Below the pieces are notes generated by a model that made no database searches, was not told where the DNA came from, and saw only the letters and a list, made by a program, of their open reading frames with translations. A stretch of 64,000 nucleotides of DNA, from assembly GCA_963752285.1 (NCBI GenBank), contig CAVVXN010000004.1, positions 32,001 to 96,000 of the forward strand, given 5' to 3'. Below are positions 38,873 through 56,251 of this stretch, in pieces. Position numbers and translations under genes: made by a program. Position 1 is the stretch's first letter. Each line of letters begins with the position of its first letter. The stretch is from an uncultured Planctomycetota bacterium (GTDB lineage Bacteria; Planctomycetota; PLA2; JAEUHO01).

Positions 38873-40780
38873 TCAGCGGGCGGGCGCCTCCGCCCGCGCG
38901 GTGCCGGCGCCGGCGCGCCGGTGCGCAGCCCATCGCGTGGCCGGCACCGACTCGAAACGGCGGTCGCGCTTCGGGTCCGGGCCGGGCGGGATGTCGTGCG
39001 GCGCGGGACCGCCGTCCGGCGACATCATCAGAACGCGCGTGTGCGGCACGTCCGACGCGCGCACGACCGGTCCCCGGAGGAGCTTCCACATCCACCACGG
39101 CGTGCGCCGCAGGTTCCACAAGAGGCCGCACATTCCGAACACCTGGTAGAAGGCGTCGTACAGGCCGTGCTTGCGGTTCTTCGGCCACACGAGGGCCTTC
39201 ACGAACCGGAGCGGGTTGTAGAACCACGCGTAGGCGAGGACCCCGTTCAGCTGGCGCTGCCAGGGACGGGGATGACGCGACGCCACGACGTAGTTCCCGC
39301 CGAGCATCGACTCGTCCACGTCGTGGTCGCCGACGCGCGCGTACGCGAGACCGCTCTCGTAGGTCTCGTTGAAGAGCTTGGATCCGTGCGCGGGACCGAG
39401 GTAGAGAACCTGAAACGTCATCGCGCCCGCGTTGCGGAGCAGCTGCGTCTGGTTGATCAGCCCGCGGGCGTTCTTGAGCGATACGAGCGGCTGTCCGTCG
39501 TCGTGCATCATCATGGGCATCGGGTGGATGCGGGCGTCGCGCAACGCCCGGAAGACCTCGCGGGTCTTGTCGATCGACTGGCCCTTCTTGACCAGCGTCG
39601 CCGTCATGTCCTCCACACCGAGCCACAACGCCCGCGCGCCCGCGCGTCGCACGAGGCCCAGGTGCTCGCGCATCTCGTACGTGTCGTGAACCGTGACCTC
39701 GGTGCCCCAGCGCACGCGCTTCGCGAGAGGCGTTCCGTCGGAGAGCCGCGCCCGCGCGAGCGCCTCGACGATCGACAGGGTCCGCTCCTTGCGGTTGAAG
39801 AAGTTGTCGTCCGTGCCGAAGAACCAGGGAATGCCGTACGTCTCGCGGAGCGACCGGAACTCGTGCACGAGCCGTTCGGGGCTCTTCTGACGATCCTGGT
39901 GCTGGTTGTAGGCGGGGATCGGACAGTAGGGGCACCGGAACTTGCAGCCGTACGTCATCTCGAGCGAGGCGACGGGCGTGTACCGCCGGACCCGCTCGGG
40001 CAAGAGCGGGCGCGGCGCGAGCTCGCTGCGCCGGCTCGGGGCCTCGAGACACGAGTACCCGAGGACCGGGTCGGGCAGCTCGTCGAGGTCCTGTAGCAGT
40101 CGCTGCATCCCCGTGTCCACGAGCGTCTCCGCGACCCCGTCCTCGGGGCCGCGCGCGTACACGAGGCCCGGTACGTGATCGAGCCACCCGCGGTCCCGGC
40201 AACGAAGGAAGGTCTGGCGCAGGGTCTCCCTAGGCGACCGCTCCTCGAGGAGGACCTCGAGAAGAGAGAGGAGCACGAAGACCTCACCGGTCGAAGCGAC
40301 GTCCGCACCCCACGGGTCCCCAGGGTCGCTCCCGAACACGCGCCAGGGCTCGTAGTTCGTTCGTGGCCCGCCGGCGATCACGAGCGGCCGATGGGCGGCG
40401 GGGATCTGGTTCGCCCGGCGGATCAGGCGGTCCATCTCGCGACCGTGGAGCCCCATGCTGCTCACGCAGAAGAGGTCCGGTCGCCGGCCGTCGATCTGCA
40501 TCGCCGCGGGATCGAAGCGACGGTTCCACTGCTGGAGGACGACCCGGGTGCGCGCGACGCCCGCGTCGAGCAGCGCCGCGGCGACGGCGCGCGGACCCCC
40601 CGGCGCCATGCGCCGGTCGATGAAGATGAAGGGCAGCACGCGCGTCCGATGGTCGAAGGCGTAGGCCACGACGGCGGAGAGGTCGCGACCCGAGGCGAGC
40701 GCACGGACGCGCTCGCGGAGCGCACGCATCGCCCCGGGAGGCAAGAGCTCGTCGCCTGCGGCGCGGAACGGCAGCTCCAT
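38873..40780 (-). CDS. Radical SAM protein (B12-binding-like N-terminus)
   Basis: GCKFRCPYC CxxxCxxC motif, FGTDDNFF, IAGGP. Confidence 0.88.
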   Translation of the reverse strand: MELPFRAAGDELLPPGAMRALRERVRALASGRDLSAVVAYAFDHRTRVLPFIFIDRRMAPGGPRAVAAALLDAGVARTRVVLQQWNRRFDPAAMQIDGRRPDLFCVSSMGLHGREMDRLIRRANQIPAAHRPLVIAGGPRTNYEPWRVFGSDPGDPWGADVASTGEVFVLLSLLEVLLEERSPRETLRQTFLRCRDRGWLDHVPGLVYARGPEDGVAETLVDTGMQRLLQDLDELPDPVLGYSCLEAPSRRSELAPRPLLPERVRRYTPVASLEMTYGCKFRCPYCPIPAYNQHQDRQKSPERLVHEFRSLRETYGIPWFFGTDDNFFNRKERTLSIVEALARARLSDGTPLAKRVRWGTEVTVHDTYEMREHLGLVRRAGARALWLGVEDMTATLVKKGQSIDKTREVFRALRDARIHPMPMMMHDDGQPLVSLKNARGLINQTQLLRNAGAMTFQVLYLGPAHGSKLFNETYESGLAYARVGDHDVDESMLGGNYVVASRHPRPWQRQLNGVLAYAWFYNPLRFVKALVWPKNRKHGLYDAFYQVFGMCGLLWNLRRTPWWMWKLLRGPVVRASDVPHTRVLMMSPDGGPAPHDIPPGPDPKRDRRFESVPATRWAAHRRAGAGTARAEAPAR

Positions 40781-41228
40781 CCCGGACTCTCCTCGCGTCC
40801 CCACGGCGCGAACAGAGGGTACCGGCCCGCCTGGCGGACGCGGGCGAGAGAAACACAGGGGGCTCGTGGACCGCGCGCTGCGTGTTCGGGGGCCGAAAGA
40901 CCTCGGAGGCCGATCCGGGCGGGATCTCGCACGTGCGCTCGGGCTCCCCGGTCGTGACGCTCCCGGGCCCCACCCAGCGCCAGCCGGCGACGCGCTCGGT
41001 CGAAACCCCGCCGCCGACGGAGTCCACGGCCGGTTCTGCCGATCCCTGGGTGGTGCGGGGCCGCGGGCCCGGAGAAACCGACCGCGTGGCGTCCGAACCC
41101 ACGCCGCCTTCGCCCTCCGGGCGCGGACCTCGCGCGCTCTTCGCGGTCGCCGCCGACCTCGATGGAGACGTCCTCCGAGCGACGCTCGCCGGTCACGACG
41201 CCTGCGGGTTCACACCCACCGACCCGCC

Positions 41229-42464
41229 TCACTCGTAGCGGAGCGCGTCGATCGGGTCGAGGCGGCTCGCGCGGTAGGCGGGGTAGAAGCCGAAGAGAAT
41301 GCCCACGGCGGCCGAAAAGACGACGGCGACCACGATCGCGGCGGGGGAGACCATCGCGGGCCAGTGCGCGTAGTGCGACACGGTCAGCGCGCCGCCGACG
41401 CCGAGGCCGATGCCGAGGAGGCCTCCGATCCCGGAGAGCACCACGGACTCGACGAGGAACTGGGCGAGGACGTCGCGGCTCCGCGCGCCGACGGCCATGC
41501 GGAGGCCGATCTCGCGGGTCCGCTCGGTCACCGAGACGAGCATGATGTTCATGATCCCGATGCCGCCGACGAGCAACGACACGGAGGCGATCGCCGCGAG
41601 GAGCGAGGTCATCACGCCCGTGGCGGCGGTCATCGCGCCGAGGATCTCGGTGAGGTTCCGGATCGTGAAGTCGTCGGGCAGGGGGGGGCCGCCGTTGCGG
41701 AAGAGGTGGTGGCTCGCCCGCAGCGCGTCGCCGATCTCCTTCTCGAGCTCGGGCAGCACGGCCGACGAATGCGCACCGACGAGGATCTGGTCCACGGTGT
41801 TGAACGGTGAGCCCTGGAGCTTCTTCTTGACCGTCGTGTAGGGCATGAACACGGCGTCGTCCTGGTCGGAGCCGAACGTGTTCGCGCCCTTCTTCGCGAG
41901 GAGGCCGACGACGCGGAAGGGGAGGCCCTTGATGCGCACGCGCTTGTCCACGGGGCTGTCGCCGGGGAAGAGGTTGTCGGCAACGGTCTGTCCCACGAGG
42001 CAGACCTGGGCGGCGACCTTCACGTCCTGGTCGGTGAAGAGCTGGCCATCGACGACGTTCCAGTCGCGCACGCGGAAGAAGTCCGGATTGCATCCCTGCA
42101 CGGTCGAGGGCGCCCAGTTCATGTCCTGGTACACGACCTGCGCCCGCGTCCGGACGACCACCGCGACGCCGTCGGCCGACGGCGCGTCGCGTTCGATGGC
42201 CACCGCGTCCTGGGGCGTGAGCGTCTGCTGGGTCCCCGCCCCGAACATGACCGCGCCCGAGGAGGACGACCCCGGAAACACGATGAGCTGGTTCTGGCCC
42301 ATGCTCGAGATCTGCTGCTGGACCGACTGGGTCGCGCCCTGGCCGATGGCGACCATCGCGATGACCGCCGCGACGCCGATGATCACGCCGAGCATCGTCA
42401 GCGCGGAGCGCACGCGGTTTCGCATGAGGGCCCGGATCGCGATGCGGAGCGCCATGAACCTCAC
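41229..42464 (-). CDS. MacB-like ABC permease
   Basis: [42 protein letters not shown], ends PIDALRYE. Confidence 0.95.
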   Translation of the reverse strand: MRFMALRIAIRALMRNRVRSALTMLGVIIGVAAVIAMVAIGQGATQSVQQQISSMGQNQLIVFPGSSSSGAVMFGAGTQQTLTPQDAVAIERDAPSADGVAVVVRTRAQVVYQDMNWAPSTVQGCNPDFFRVRDWNVVDGQLFTDQDVKVAAQVCLVGQTVADNLFPGDSPVDKRVRIKGLPFRVVGLLAKKGANTFGSDQDDAVFMPYTTVKKKLQGSPFNTVDQILVGAHSSAVLPELEKEIGDALRASHHLFRNGGPPLPDDFTIRNLTEILGAMTAATGVMTSLLAAIASVSLLVGGIGIMNIMLVSVTERTREIGLRMAVGARSRDVLAQFLVESVVLSGIGGLLGIGLGVGGALTVSHYAHWPAMVSPAAIVVAVVFSAAVGILFGFYPAYRASRLDPIDALRYE

Positions 42465-43192
42465 GGCGTGGGCTCCGTTCCCGACGCCGGACCGGCGATG
42501 AGGCGGTCCAGGATCGGCTCGTCGGCCTGGACTTGCCCGTCGCGCAACACGATGCGGCGCTTCGCGTGCTGGGCGATGTCGAGCTCGTGCGTGACGTACA
42601 CGATCGTGTTGCCCGCGTCGTTGAGCGCCTGGAAGAGCGCCATGATCTCGGTCGAGACGCGGGAGTCGAGGTTGCCGGTCGGCTCGTCGGCGAGGAGGAT
42701 CGTCGGTTCCGTCACGAGCGCGCGGGCGATCGCGACGCGTTGCTGCTGGCCGCCGGAAAGCTGGTTCGGACGGTGCCCCTCGCGGTCGGCGAGGCCCACC
42801 CGCGCGAGGGCCGCGCGCGCCCGGGAGCGCTGCTCGCGCGCCGGGATGTGCTTGGCGTAGAGGAGCGGCAGCTCCACGTTCTCGATCGCCGAGGTGCGCG
42901 AGAGGAGGTTGAACGACTGGAAGACGAACCCGATGCGTCGGTTGCGGAGCGCCGCCAGGCGGTCGCGCGAGAGCGTCGCGACGTCCGTGCCGTCGAGCAC
43001 GTACCGGCCGCGGGTGGGGCGGTCGAGACCGCCCAGGATCGCCATCAGCGTGGACTTGCCAGAGCCGGACGAGCCCATGATCGCCACGAACTCGCCGCGG
43101 TCCACGGAGAGGGTGACGCCGCGGAGCGCGGCGACCTCCATCTCGCCCATGCGGTAGACCTTCCAGACGTCCTGGACCTCGAGGACGGGCAC
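42461..43192 (-). CDS. MacB/LolD-type ABC ATP-binding protein
   Basis: [34 protein letters not shown]. Confidence 0.95.
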   Translation of the reverse strand: MPVLEVQDVWKVYRMGEMEVAALRGVTLSVDRGEFVAIMGSSGSGKSTLMAILGGLDRPTRGRYVLDGTDVATLSRDRLAALRNRRIGFVFQSFNLLSRTSAIENVELPLLYAKHIPAREQRSRARAALARVGLADREGHRPNQLSGGQQQRVAIARALVTEPTILLADEPTGNLDSRVSTEIMALFQALNDAGNTIVYVTHELDIAQHAKRRIVLRDGQVQADEPILDRLIAGPASGTEPTP

Positions 43193-43201
43193 GGGCCTCC
43201 T

Positions 43202-44827
43202 TCAGCGACGGCCACGACCGCGCATGGGCGTCGGTGCGAAGGGATTGGTCGTGGTCGACGTCGTCGCATTCCTGAGGATCGCGGTGACGACCTCGGTCCC
43301 GGGCGGGAGGGCCGAGGGGTCAAGAGGCTCGACGACGGTCACGGACCCGTCGGAGATGCCCGCGCGTACGCGAACGGCCTTGAGGAGCCCGTTCGGCAGC
43401 GGGACGAACACGTGGACCGCGCGCTCCGTGTTCGATGTGCGCGCGCCGGCCCGGCGACCGCGGCCGGGGCGTGCGGTGGTGCTGGCGCTCTCGCCGCCGT
43501 CCGGGCCCTCGGTCGCGTCCTTGCGCTCTCCGTCCTCCGTGCCGGCGCCGCTTCGTTCCCCGGGGACGCGGTGGACCGCGCCGCCCGGGCGCGGCACGGT
43601 CTCCGCGACGAGATCGGCGTCGGGCTGGACCCGGAGCGCGGCGGCGGGCACGTGCAGCGCGTCGCGGGCGCTCCGGGCGATCTCGAACGTGACGTTCGCG
43701 GTCATGCCGGGAAAGAGGTGGCCGTCGGGGTTCGACGCCGCGATCACGACCGTGTACGTCACCACGTTGGAGACGGTCGTCGGCGCAAGGCGCACCTGCG
43801 AGACGACGCCCTCGAACGTCTGGTCGGGGTACGCGTCCACCATGAACGAGGCGCGCTGCGTCTCCTTGATCCGGCCAATGTCGGCCTCGGGCACGGAGGC
43901 CTCGATCTGCACCTTCGTCAGGTCGCGCGCGATCTCGAAGAGCGTGGGCGCCGAGAGGCTCGCGGCCACGGTCTGGCCCACGTCCACGTTGCGCGAGACC
44001 ACCGTGCCATCCACCGGCGAGACGATCGTGGCGTAGCCGAGGTTCACCTTGTCGCTCTCGAGCTGCGCCTCGCTCTGCTTGATCGAGGCCCGAGAGACCT
44101 GGACCTGGGCCTCCGCGGCCTTGACCGCGGCGTCGGCCGACGAGCGCTGGACCTGGTCCTGCCGGAACGCGGCCTCGGCCGACGAGATCTGTGCCTCGCC
44201 CTGCGTCACCGCGGCTTCGGCCACCGCCACCTGCGCGGCGAGCGACGCTTCGGAAGCCACGGCGGCGTCGAGGTCCGACGGCGAGACGAGTCGCTTCTCG
44301 ACGAGCTGGCGCTGGCGAGCGAGGTCGGCCCGCGCCTGGACATGCAGGGCGCGGGCGCGATCGACCTCGGCCTTCGACTGCACGAGCGCAGCCTTCGCGC
44401 GTTCGACGTCCGCCTTCCCCTGCGCGATTTGCGCGTCGGCCTTGTCCACCTCGATCTTCGTCTGGTCCAGGAGCGCCTCGACGCGGGTGGCGTCGGCCTC
44501 CGCGCGGGCCTTCGCTGCCTCGTCCTGCAGGACCTGCGCGGCCAGACGACGGGCGTCGAGGATGGCGATGGTCTCGCCCTGTGTGACGTGGCCGTTGAAG
44601 TCCACGAGGAGCTTCTCGATCGTACCGGAGATCTGCGTGCCCACCTCGACGAGCTCGACTGGCTGCACGGTTCCGCTGGCCTCGATGCCCTCGACGACCT
44701 CGCCGCGCTCGGCCGGTCCCGTGCGGTACTGGATGCCGCGGAGCGCCGAGTCGCGGTCCCGGAGGACGAAGAACCAGAGCGCGCCGCCGAGCAGCACGAT
44801 CACGAGCACGACGACGAACGCCTTCAT
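43202..44827 (-). CDS. MacA-like periplasmic adaptor (membrane fusion protein) with long coiled coil
   Basis: N-terminal TM; EVGTQISG, SPVDGTVV, GQTVAASLSAPTLF, PGMTANV. Confidence 0.92.
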   Translation of the reverse strand: MKAFVVVLVIVLLGGALWFFVLRDRDSALRGIQYRTGPAERGEVVEGIEASGTVQPVELVEVGTQISGTIEKLLVDFNGHVTQGETIAILDARRLAAQVLQDEAAKARAEADATRVEALLDQTKIEVDKADAQIAQGKADVERAKAALVQSKAEVDRARALHVQARADLARQRQLVEKRLVSPSDLDAAVASEASLAAQVAVAEAAVTQGEAQISSAEAAFRQDQVQRSSADAAVKAAEAQVQVSRASIKQSEAQLESDKVNLGYATIVSPVDGTVVSRNVDVGQTVAASLSAPTLFEIARDLTKVQIEASVPEADIGRIKETQRASFMVDAYPDQTFEGVVSQVRLAPTTVSNVVTYTVVIAASNPDGHLFPGMTANVTFEIARSARDALHVPAAALRVQPDADLVAETVPRPGGAVHRVPGERSGAGTEDGERKDATEGPDGGESASTTARPGRGRRAGARTSNTERAVHVFVPLPNGLLKAVRVRAGISDGSVTVVEPLDPSALPPGTEVVTAILRNATTSTTTNPFAPTPMRGRGRR

Positions 44828-46269
44828 CAGGGTGCTCCCGCGCCCGACGGCGCCCCGGGTCGCTCGACCACGCCCATGGACCGCGCGACCGCCGCGCGCG
44901 CGGCGGCGAGGTCCGCCACCGCCTGCACGGCGGCGCCGCGCGCGGCCGCGAGGCTCTGCAGCGCGTCGGCGAGCTCGACCGACGTCGCCTTGCCGACCTG
45001 GAACCGCTCCTGGGCGAGGTCCAGGGTGTCCCTGGCGCTCACGACGGCGCTGCGGGTCAGCTCGACCCGCTGGCGGGCGTCCTCGATCCCGAGCCACGCC
45101 GCGCGGAGGTCGCGCCAGGCGCCCTGCTCGGTCTGGGCGCGCGAGGCCCGCGCGGCGCGCAGGGTCGCGACGGCCTCCTCGACGGAGCACACGTTCGCGA
45201 AGCCGTCGAACGGCGTCCAGGACACGCGCGGGCCGACGCTCCAGTCCCAGGGGAAGGGCAGGTCCGATCCGCTCGCGCCGTAGCCGAAGCCGACGGACAC
45301 GCTCGGGTAGAGCCGCGCCACCTGCGCATCGACGATGGCGGACGCAGCCCTCTCGCGGGCGGCCACCGCGGCGAGAGAGGGCTGGTGCTCGCGGGCCGAG
45401 GTCCACGCCGTGTCCATCGTGTCGGGGACCGCGAGGCCGTCGTCGCCCACGCGCGTGGTCCACGCGAGCGACTCCGCGAGGCCCACGGCGGAGGCGAGGT
45501 TCGCCTGCGCGAGGCGCAACGCGTCGTGGGTCTCGACCTCGGCGACCTGGGCGTTCAGGAGGTCCACCTTCGCCTTCGTCTCGTCGTAGGGGATGCGCGT
45601 CCCGGCTTCCACGAAGCCCTGGACCTGCTCGAGCCGCGCCTCGTACTGCTTGACCGTCTCCTCGGCGACCCTCTCGAGCTGGATCTGCTTCGAGAGCTCG
45701 TAGTACGCGCTCCGGACCGCGAAGGCCGTGTCCACCTCGGCCTGCTGCTCGTCCTCCTGCGCGGCGAGCCACGCCTCGCCCGCGTTCCGTACGAGCGCGT
45801 TCGTGCGACCGAAGTCGAAGAGGAGCCAGCTCACGTCGAAGCCGTACGCGCCGAAGCGGTGGGCGCTCGACCCCGAACGCGAGCTCTGGTCGCGGTACGA
45901 CCCGGAGGCGGAGGCGGTCACCTGGGGCAGCCGATCGGCCTCGGCCTCGCAACATCGGGCGCGCGCCGCTTCGGCGTTTCGCCGCGCGCGCACCACGGCA
46001 GGCTGAATGCGGACGGCCGTGCGGACGAGCTGGTCGAGGCCCACCTCGCCTTCCTCGGGCAGCCCGACCTCTCGGGCCGTGGGGGTGCGTTCGCCCGGGA
46101 CGGCGGTGCGGAAGTCGGTCGCCGCGCGGGCCTGCGCCGCGACGGAGCAGCCGGGGAGCCCGAGCGCGAGCGTCAGCGCCGCGCCGAGGACGAGAATGGC
46201 GCACACGGGCACGAACCGACCCACTCGGCGCCCGACGGGCGCTCGCTCCGCACGCGGCCGATCCTGCAT
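44827..46269 (-). CDS. TolC-family outer membrane efflux lipoprotein
   Basis: LPGC lipobox; LFDFGRT; helical OEP repeats; first gene of the efflux operon. Confidence 0.88.
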   Translation of the reverse strand: MQDRPRAERAPVGRRVGRFVPVCAILVLGAALTLALGLPGCSVAAQARAATDFRTAVPGERTPTAREVGLPEEGEVGLDQLVRTAVRIQPAVVRARRNAEAARARCCEAEADRLPQVTASASGSYRDQSSRSGSSAHRFGAYGFDVSWLLFDFGRTNALVRNAGEAWLAAQEDEQQAEVDTAFAVRSAYYELSKQIQLERVAEETVKQYEARLEQVQGFVEAGTRIPYDETKAKVDLLNAQVAEVETHDALRLAQANLASAVGLAESLAWTTRVGDDGLAVPDTMDTAWTSAREHQPSLAAVAARERAASAIVDAQVARLYPSVSVGFGYGASGSDLPFPWDWSVGPRVSWTPFDGFANVCSVEEAVATLRAARASRAQTEQGAWRDLRAAWLGIEDARQRVELTRSAVVSARDTLDLAQERFQVGKATSVELADALQSLAAARGAAVQAVADLAAARAAVARSMGVVERPGAPSGAGAP

Positions 46270-46886
46270 GGCGCGCCCCCAGACCGGCGTCGCCGGTCGG
46301 CCGATTGAACCCGGGCCGGAGCGCAGGAGTCGTGCGAAATCGACACCGGGGCTCACGGCGACGGAGGGGGCGCCTCGTGCGGGGGGGCGAAGGCACGGGC
46401 TCTACGTTCCCGACCCCGTTCGGCCTTCGGGGCCGGAGCGCGTCCGTTCCCGTCGCCCGGTGGGGCGTCGTCTCGACGGGTGGGGGGCGACCGGCCGCCC
46501 ACCGTCCCGAGCGTAGCCACGGAGTGCTCGATCGCGTGGGTCGCACCCGGTGCGCGTCCCCGCCCGCCGTGCACCCGAGGCCGGTCAGGACGCCGCCGAC
46601 CCCGGGCTCTGAAGAATCCGACCGCTCGACATGAACGGACCGAGCGGGCGGAAGAAGATCGTGCAGCACCCGACCGCCCCACGAACACGAAGAGCGCGAG
46701 CCCGGCGGAGCGGTTCCGGAGCGCGCCCCCCCCGACGTGCCGTGCGACGCCTCCTCCGGTCGGTGGGGGACGCCACGTTTCCGCGCCCACGGACCGCGGC
46801 CAGGACCCCGGTCGGGGGTCGGGAGGCTCGGGTCCGGCTCGGGCGGCACCCGCGCGGGGCCGGTCGGAGGCGGCCTTCCGGCGCGC

Positions 46887-46901
46887 CGGCACGAACGCTG
46901 C
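46887..46901 (+). promoter_or_regulatory. Candidate sigma-54 -24/-12 promoter
   Basis: CGGCACG-AACG-CTGC about 55 nt upstream of the 46955 start. Confidence 0.45.
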
Positions 46902-46954
46902 GGGGCGACGGCGCTCGTGGAAGGCGTCTCGTCTGCCCCCCTACGGAGGATGTC

Positions 46955-47269
46955 ATGCCCAAGCTCATTCCGATTCTCTGCTGCGTCGTTGCCGTCGTCG
47001 CCTGGACCACCGTGCCCGCGCTCGCGTGCCCGGACCTCCACGTCGGCGCCGGCGTCGCGACGCACCCGTCCCCGACGTACTACGCCCCGCGCAGCACCCG
47101 GCCCTATCCGAGCAGCGGGTACGACTACGCCGCGCCGGCCTACTATTCGTATCCACGGACGTACTACGCGCCGGGCTACTACGGCTCGTACGGCGCGTAC
47201 GGCTACCCGGGCTCCTACTACGGGCCTCGCGCCGGCGTGGGCCTCGGCATCGGCATCGGCATTCGTTGA
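46955..47269 (+). CDS. Small secreted Tyr/Pro/Gly-rich protein
   Basis: GGAGG RBS; signal peptide; YYAP/YGY repeats; ends GVGLGIGIGIR. Confidence 0.7.
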   Translation: MPKLIPILCCVVAVVAWTTVPALACPDLHVGAGVATHPSPTYYAPRSTRPYPSSGYDYAAPAYYSYPRTYYAPGYYGSYGAYGYPGSYYGPRAGVGLGIGIGIR

Positions 47270-47312
47270 CTCGCCTGGCCGGCCGGGACCCGCTTCGCGG
47301 ATCCCGGTCCCT

Positions 47313-47350
47313 GCGGGCCGGCTCGCGCGTCGCGGGCCGGCCCGCTCTTC
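47313..47350. terminator. Hairpin between convergent genes
   Basis: GCGGGCCGGCTCGCG-CGT-CGCGGGCCGGCCCGC followed by TCTTC. Confidence 0.5.
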
Positions 47351-47370
47351 GGTGGGGTCGGCGCTCGCGG

Positions 47371-53717
<6,347 letters not shown>

Positions 53718-56144
53718 CGGATTCCCTCCGCAGCGCGCGCCGCAGGTCGTGCGGCGACGCCGGCTTGATCAGGTAGTGATCGAATCCCGCCGCGGATCCC
53801 TCGCGGCGGTCCTCCTCGCGGCCGTATCCCGTGAGCGCCACGAGCCGGGGCGCGTCGTCTCCCAGGAGCTCGTGCACACGGCGGGCGACGGCGAAGCCGT
53901 CCATCTCGGGCATCGAGATGTCCACGAGGGCCACGTCCGGTCGCTGCTCCTGGATGAGCGCCACGCCCTCCGCGCCGTTCGAGGCGACGCGGACGTCCAC
54001 GCCCCATTCCTGCAGGAGGACGGTCGTGGACAGCCGGACGTCGTTCTCGTCCTCGACGAGGACGACGCGCAGGCCCGGCTCCAGGGGAATGTCCGTATCC
54101 ACGGGGGCGGGCGCGACCTCCGCCGCCGCGGGCGCGAGGGGGAGTCGGACGACGAACTCGCTGCCGAGGTCCTCTCCCGGGCTCGCCGCCCGGACGGTCC
54201 CGCCATGCAGGGTCACGAGCTGACGGACGAGCGTGAGGCCGATTCCGAGGCCGCGCCCGTCTCCCCGCTGCTGGACGAAGATGTCGAAGACCCGCTCCAG
54301 GAGGTCGGCAGGGATCCCGCGGCCGTTGTCCGCCACGCGCACGACCGCGTCGGAGGCCTCGCGCTCGAGCACGAGGTGGATCCGGCCGCCATGCGGCGTG
54401 TAGCGCACCGCGTTGTTGAGGAGGTTGCTGACGATCTGGACCAGGCGGACCGCGTCCCCGTCCACGACGAGGGGCTCCGGCGCCACGTCCACCGCGAGCA
54501 CGTGCCGGCGTTCGTCCACGAGGTTTCGCACGCTCTCCACGGCCTGGGTCAGCGTGTTCCGCAGCTCGACCCGCTCCTTGCGGAGCACGATCTTCCCCTG
54601 GGAGATGCGCGAGACGTCGAGCAGGTCGTCCACGAGACGGACGAGGTGGCGCACCTGTCGGTCCATGCAGTCGCACAAATGCCGCTGCGAGTCCGGAGGC
54701 AGCGAGCGCCCGCGGAGGACGGCGACGCCGGTGAGGATAGGGGAGAGGGGGTTCCGCAGCTCGTGCGCGAGGACCGCGAGGAACCGGTCCTTGCGCTGGC
54801 TCTCCTCGCGAAGCGCGTCGGCCTCCCAGCGCTGGCGCTCCTCGGTCATCCTGCGCTCGAGCTCCCGCCGCTCGAGCTCGCGCAGGCGGTTGGCCTGCCG
54901 CTGGACCTCGGCGGTGCGCTCCTGGAGCTGGACGAAGACCGAAACCTTCGCGCGGAGCACCTCCGGCACGATCGGCTTGAACAGAAAGTCCACGGCGCCG
55001 AGGCGGTACCCGTGGAGGATCTCCGCGTCCTCCTGGGGATAGGCCGAGACGAAGATGATGGGAACATGGCGCGATCGGGGTCGCGAGCGGATGAGCCGGG
55101 CCGTCTCGAACCCGTCGAGCCCCGGCATGCGCACGTCGAGGAGGATCAGCGCGAAATCCCGCTGGAGCAGGGCCCGAAGCGCCGCCCGTCCCGAGTCCAC
55201 GAGCACGAGCTCTCTTCCGAGGTCTTCGAGCGTCGCCTCGATCGCCGCGAGGTTGGCCGGGTCGTCATCGACGACGAGGATGTCGCCCGATCGAGCATCG
55301 GCGCACATCTCCGCGGGGTCATAGACCCCCGGCGTCTCGCCGGTGGGCTCGGTCAAAGGCGGATCCTCCCCGGTCTGGCTCCGTCGCGGCGCGCGGCCAC
55401 GACACGCGACCGGCAGCCGCAATTCTGGTACCGGGCCGAGGGCCCGCACAATCGCGCGGCTCCGGGCCGAAAGCCCGGCAATTCGTGCCGCGTCCACGCG
55501 CACGCGGGGCGCACCGCGTGCACGACGTGCGATCGGGGAGGGGGCGCCGGCGCGGTCCCGCGGGATGTGGTGGGCCCAATGACCCGGCCGTCATCGACCT
55601 CCGCCCGGCTCACGGGTTCCGATCGCTCGGGCCGCCCCGTCCGGAGGCGTGCGTCGCCCGGCGCGGCGCCGCGCGGCCGCCGAGGAAGGTGCGGTCGGGT
55701 CCCGGCGGACCCGACCGCGGCGCAGCATCTTCGAACTCCACACCGACTCACTGACATCGGTCATCGGACATCCATTTCATCTTCGCGTCGTTCACCCCGC
55801 GTCCGGTGACGCACAGTACGGATCCATCTCCACCCAACGCGCACGAACGACCTCACTTCGGTTGCTGTGGCCGACGCTCGGGGGTCGATCCCAGGTTCGG
55901 CCCTTTACCGACGAGAGCCCCGCCCAAGCAACGTCCGGGCCAATGGCGTCCGCCCCGCCCGCGCCGCGAGCTCACGCGAGGACGCGGGGGGCCCGCGCCC
56001 GCCCGGAACCCCCGGGAGAGCACGATGCGCATCGGCGGCTGCACCCTTCGTGCAGTCGCTGCACGCGCGCTTCAAGTCGCGGAGGCGGGTCGATGGCCCC
56101 CGAAGCCGAGAGCGGGGGCCGGTCTCCGCGCCGTGCGCACGTCG

Positions 56145-56159
56145 AGGCACGCACCTTGC
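56145..56159 (+). promoter_or_regulatory. Candidate sigma-54 -24/-12 promoter
   Basis: AGGCACG-CACC-TTGC about 90 nt upstream of the Cys-rich repeat gene. Confidence 0.55.
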
Positions 56160-56251
56160 GGTTGCCGGCCGACCGCATCGGCGCCGAGCGTAGTCGTTGG
56201 GCCGGGGAGCGTTCCGATGCCGCATCCTCCCGGCGTGCTGGAGCGTGAATC

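Noticed and set aside
55691..55718. Perfect 12-bp hairpin GCGGTCGGGTCC-CGGC-GGACCCGACCGC in a 900-bp intergenic region
   Set aside because: Isolated, with no second copy or supporting structure; insufficient to call an RNA or mobile element.
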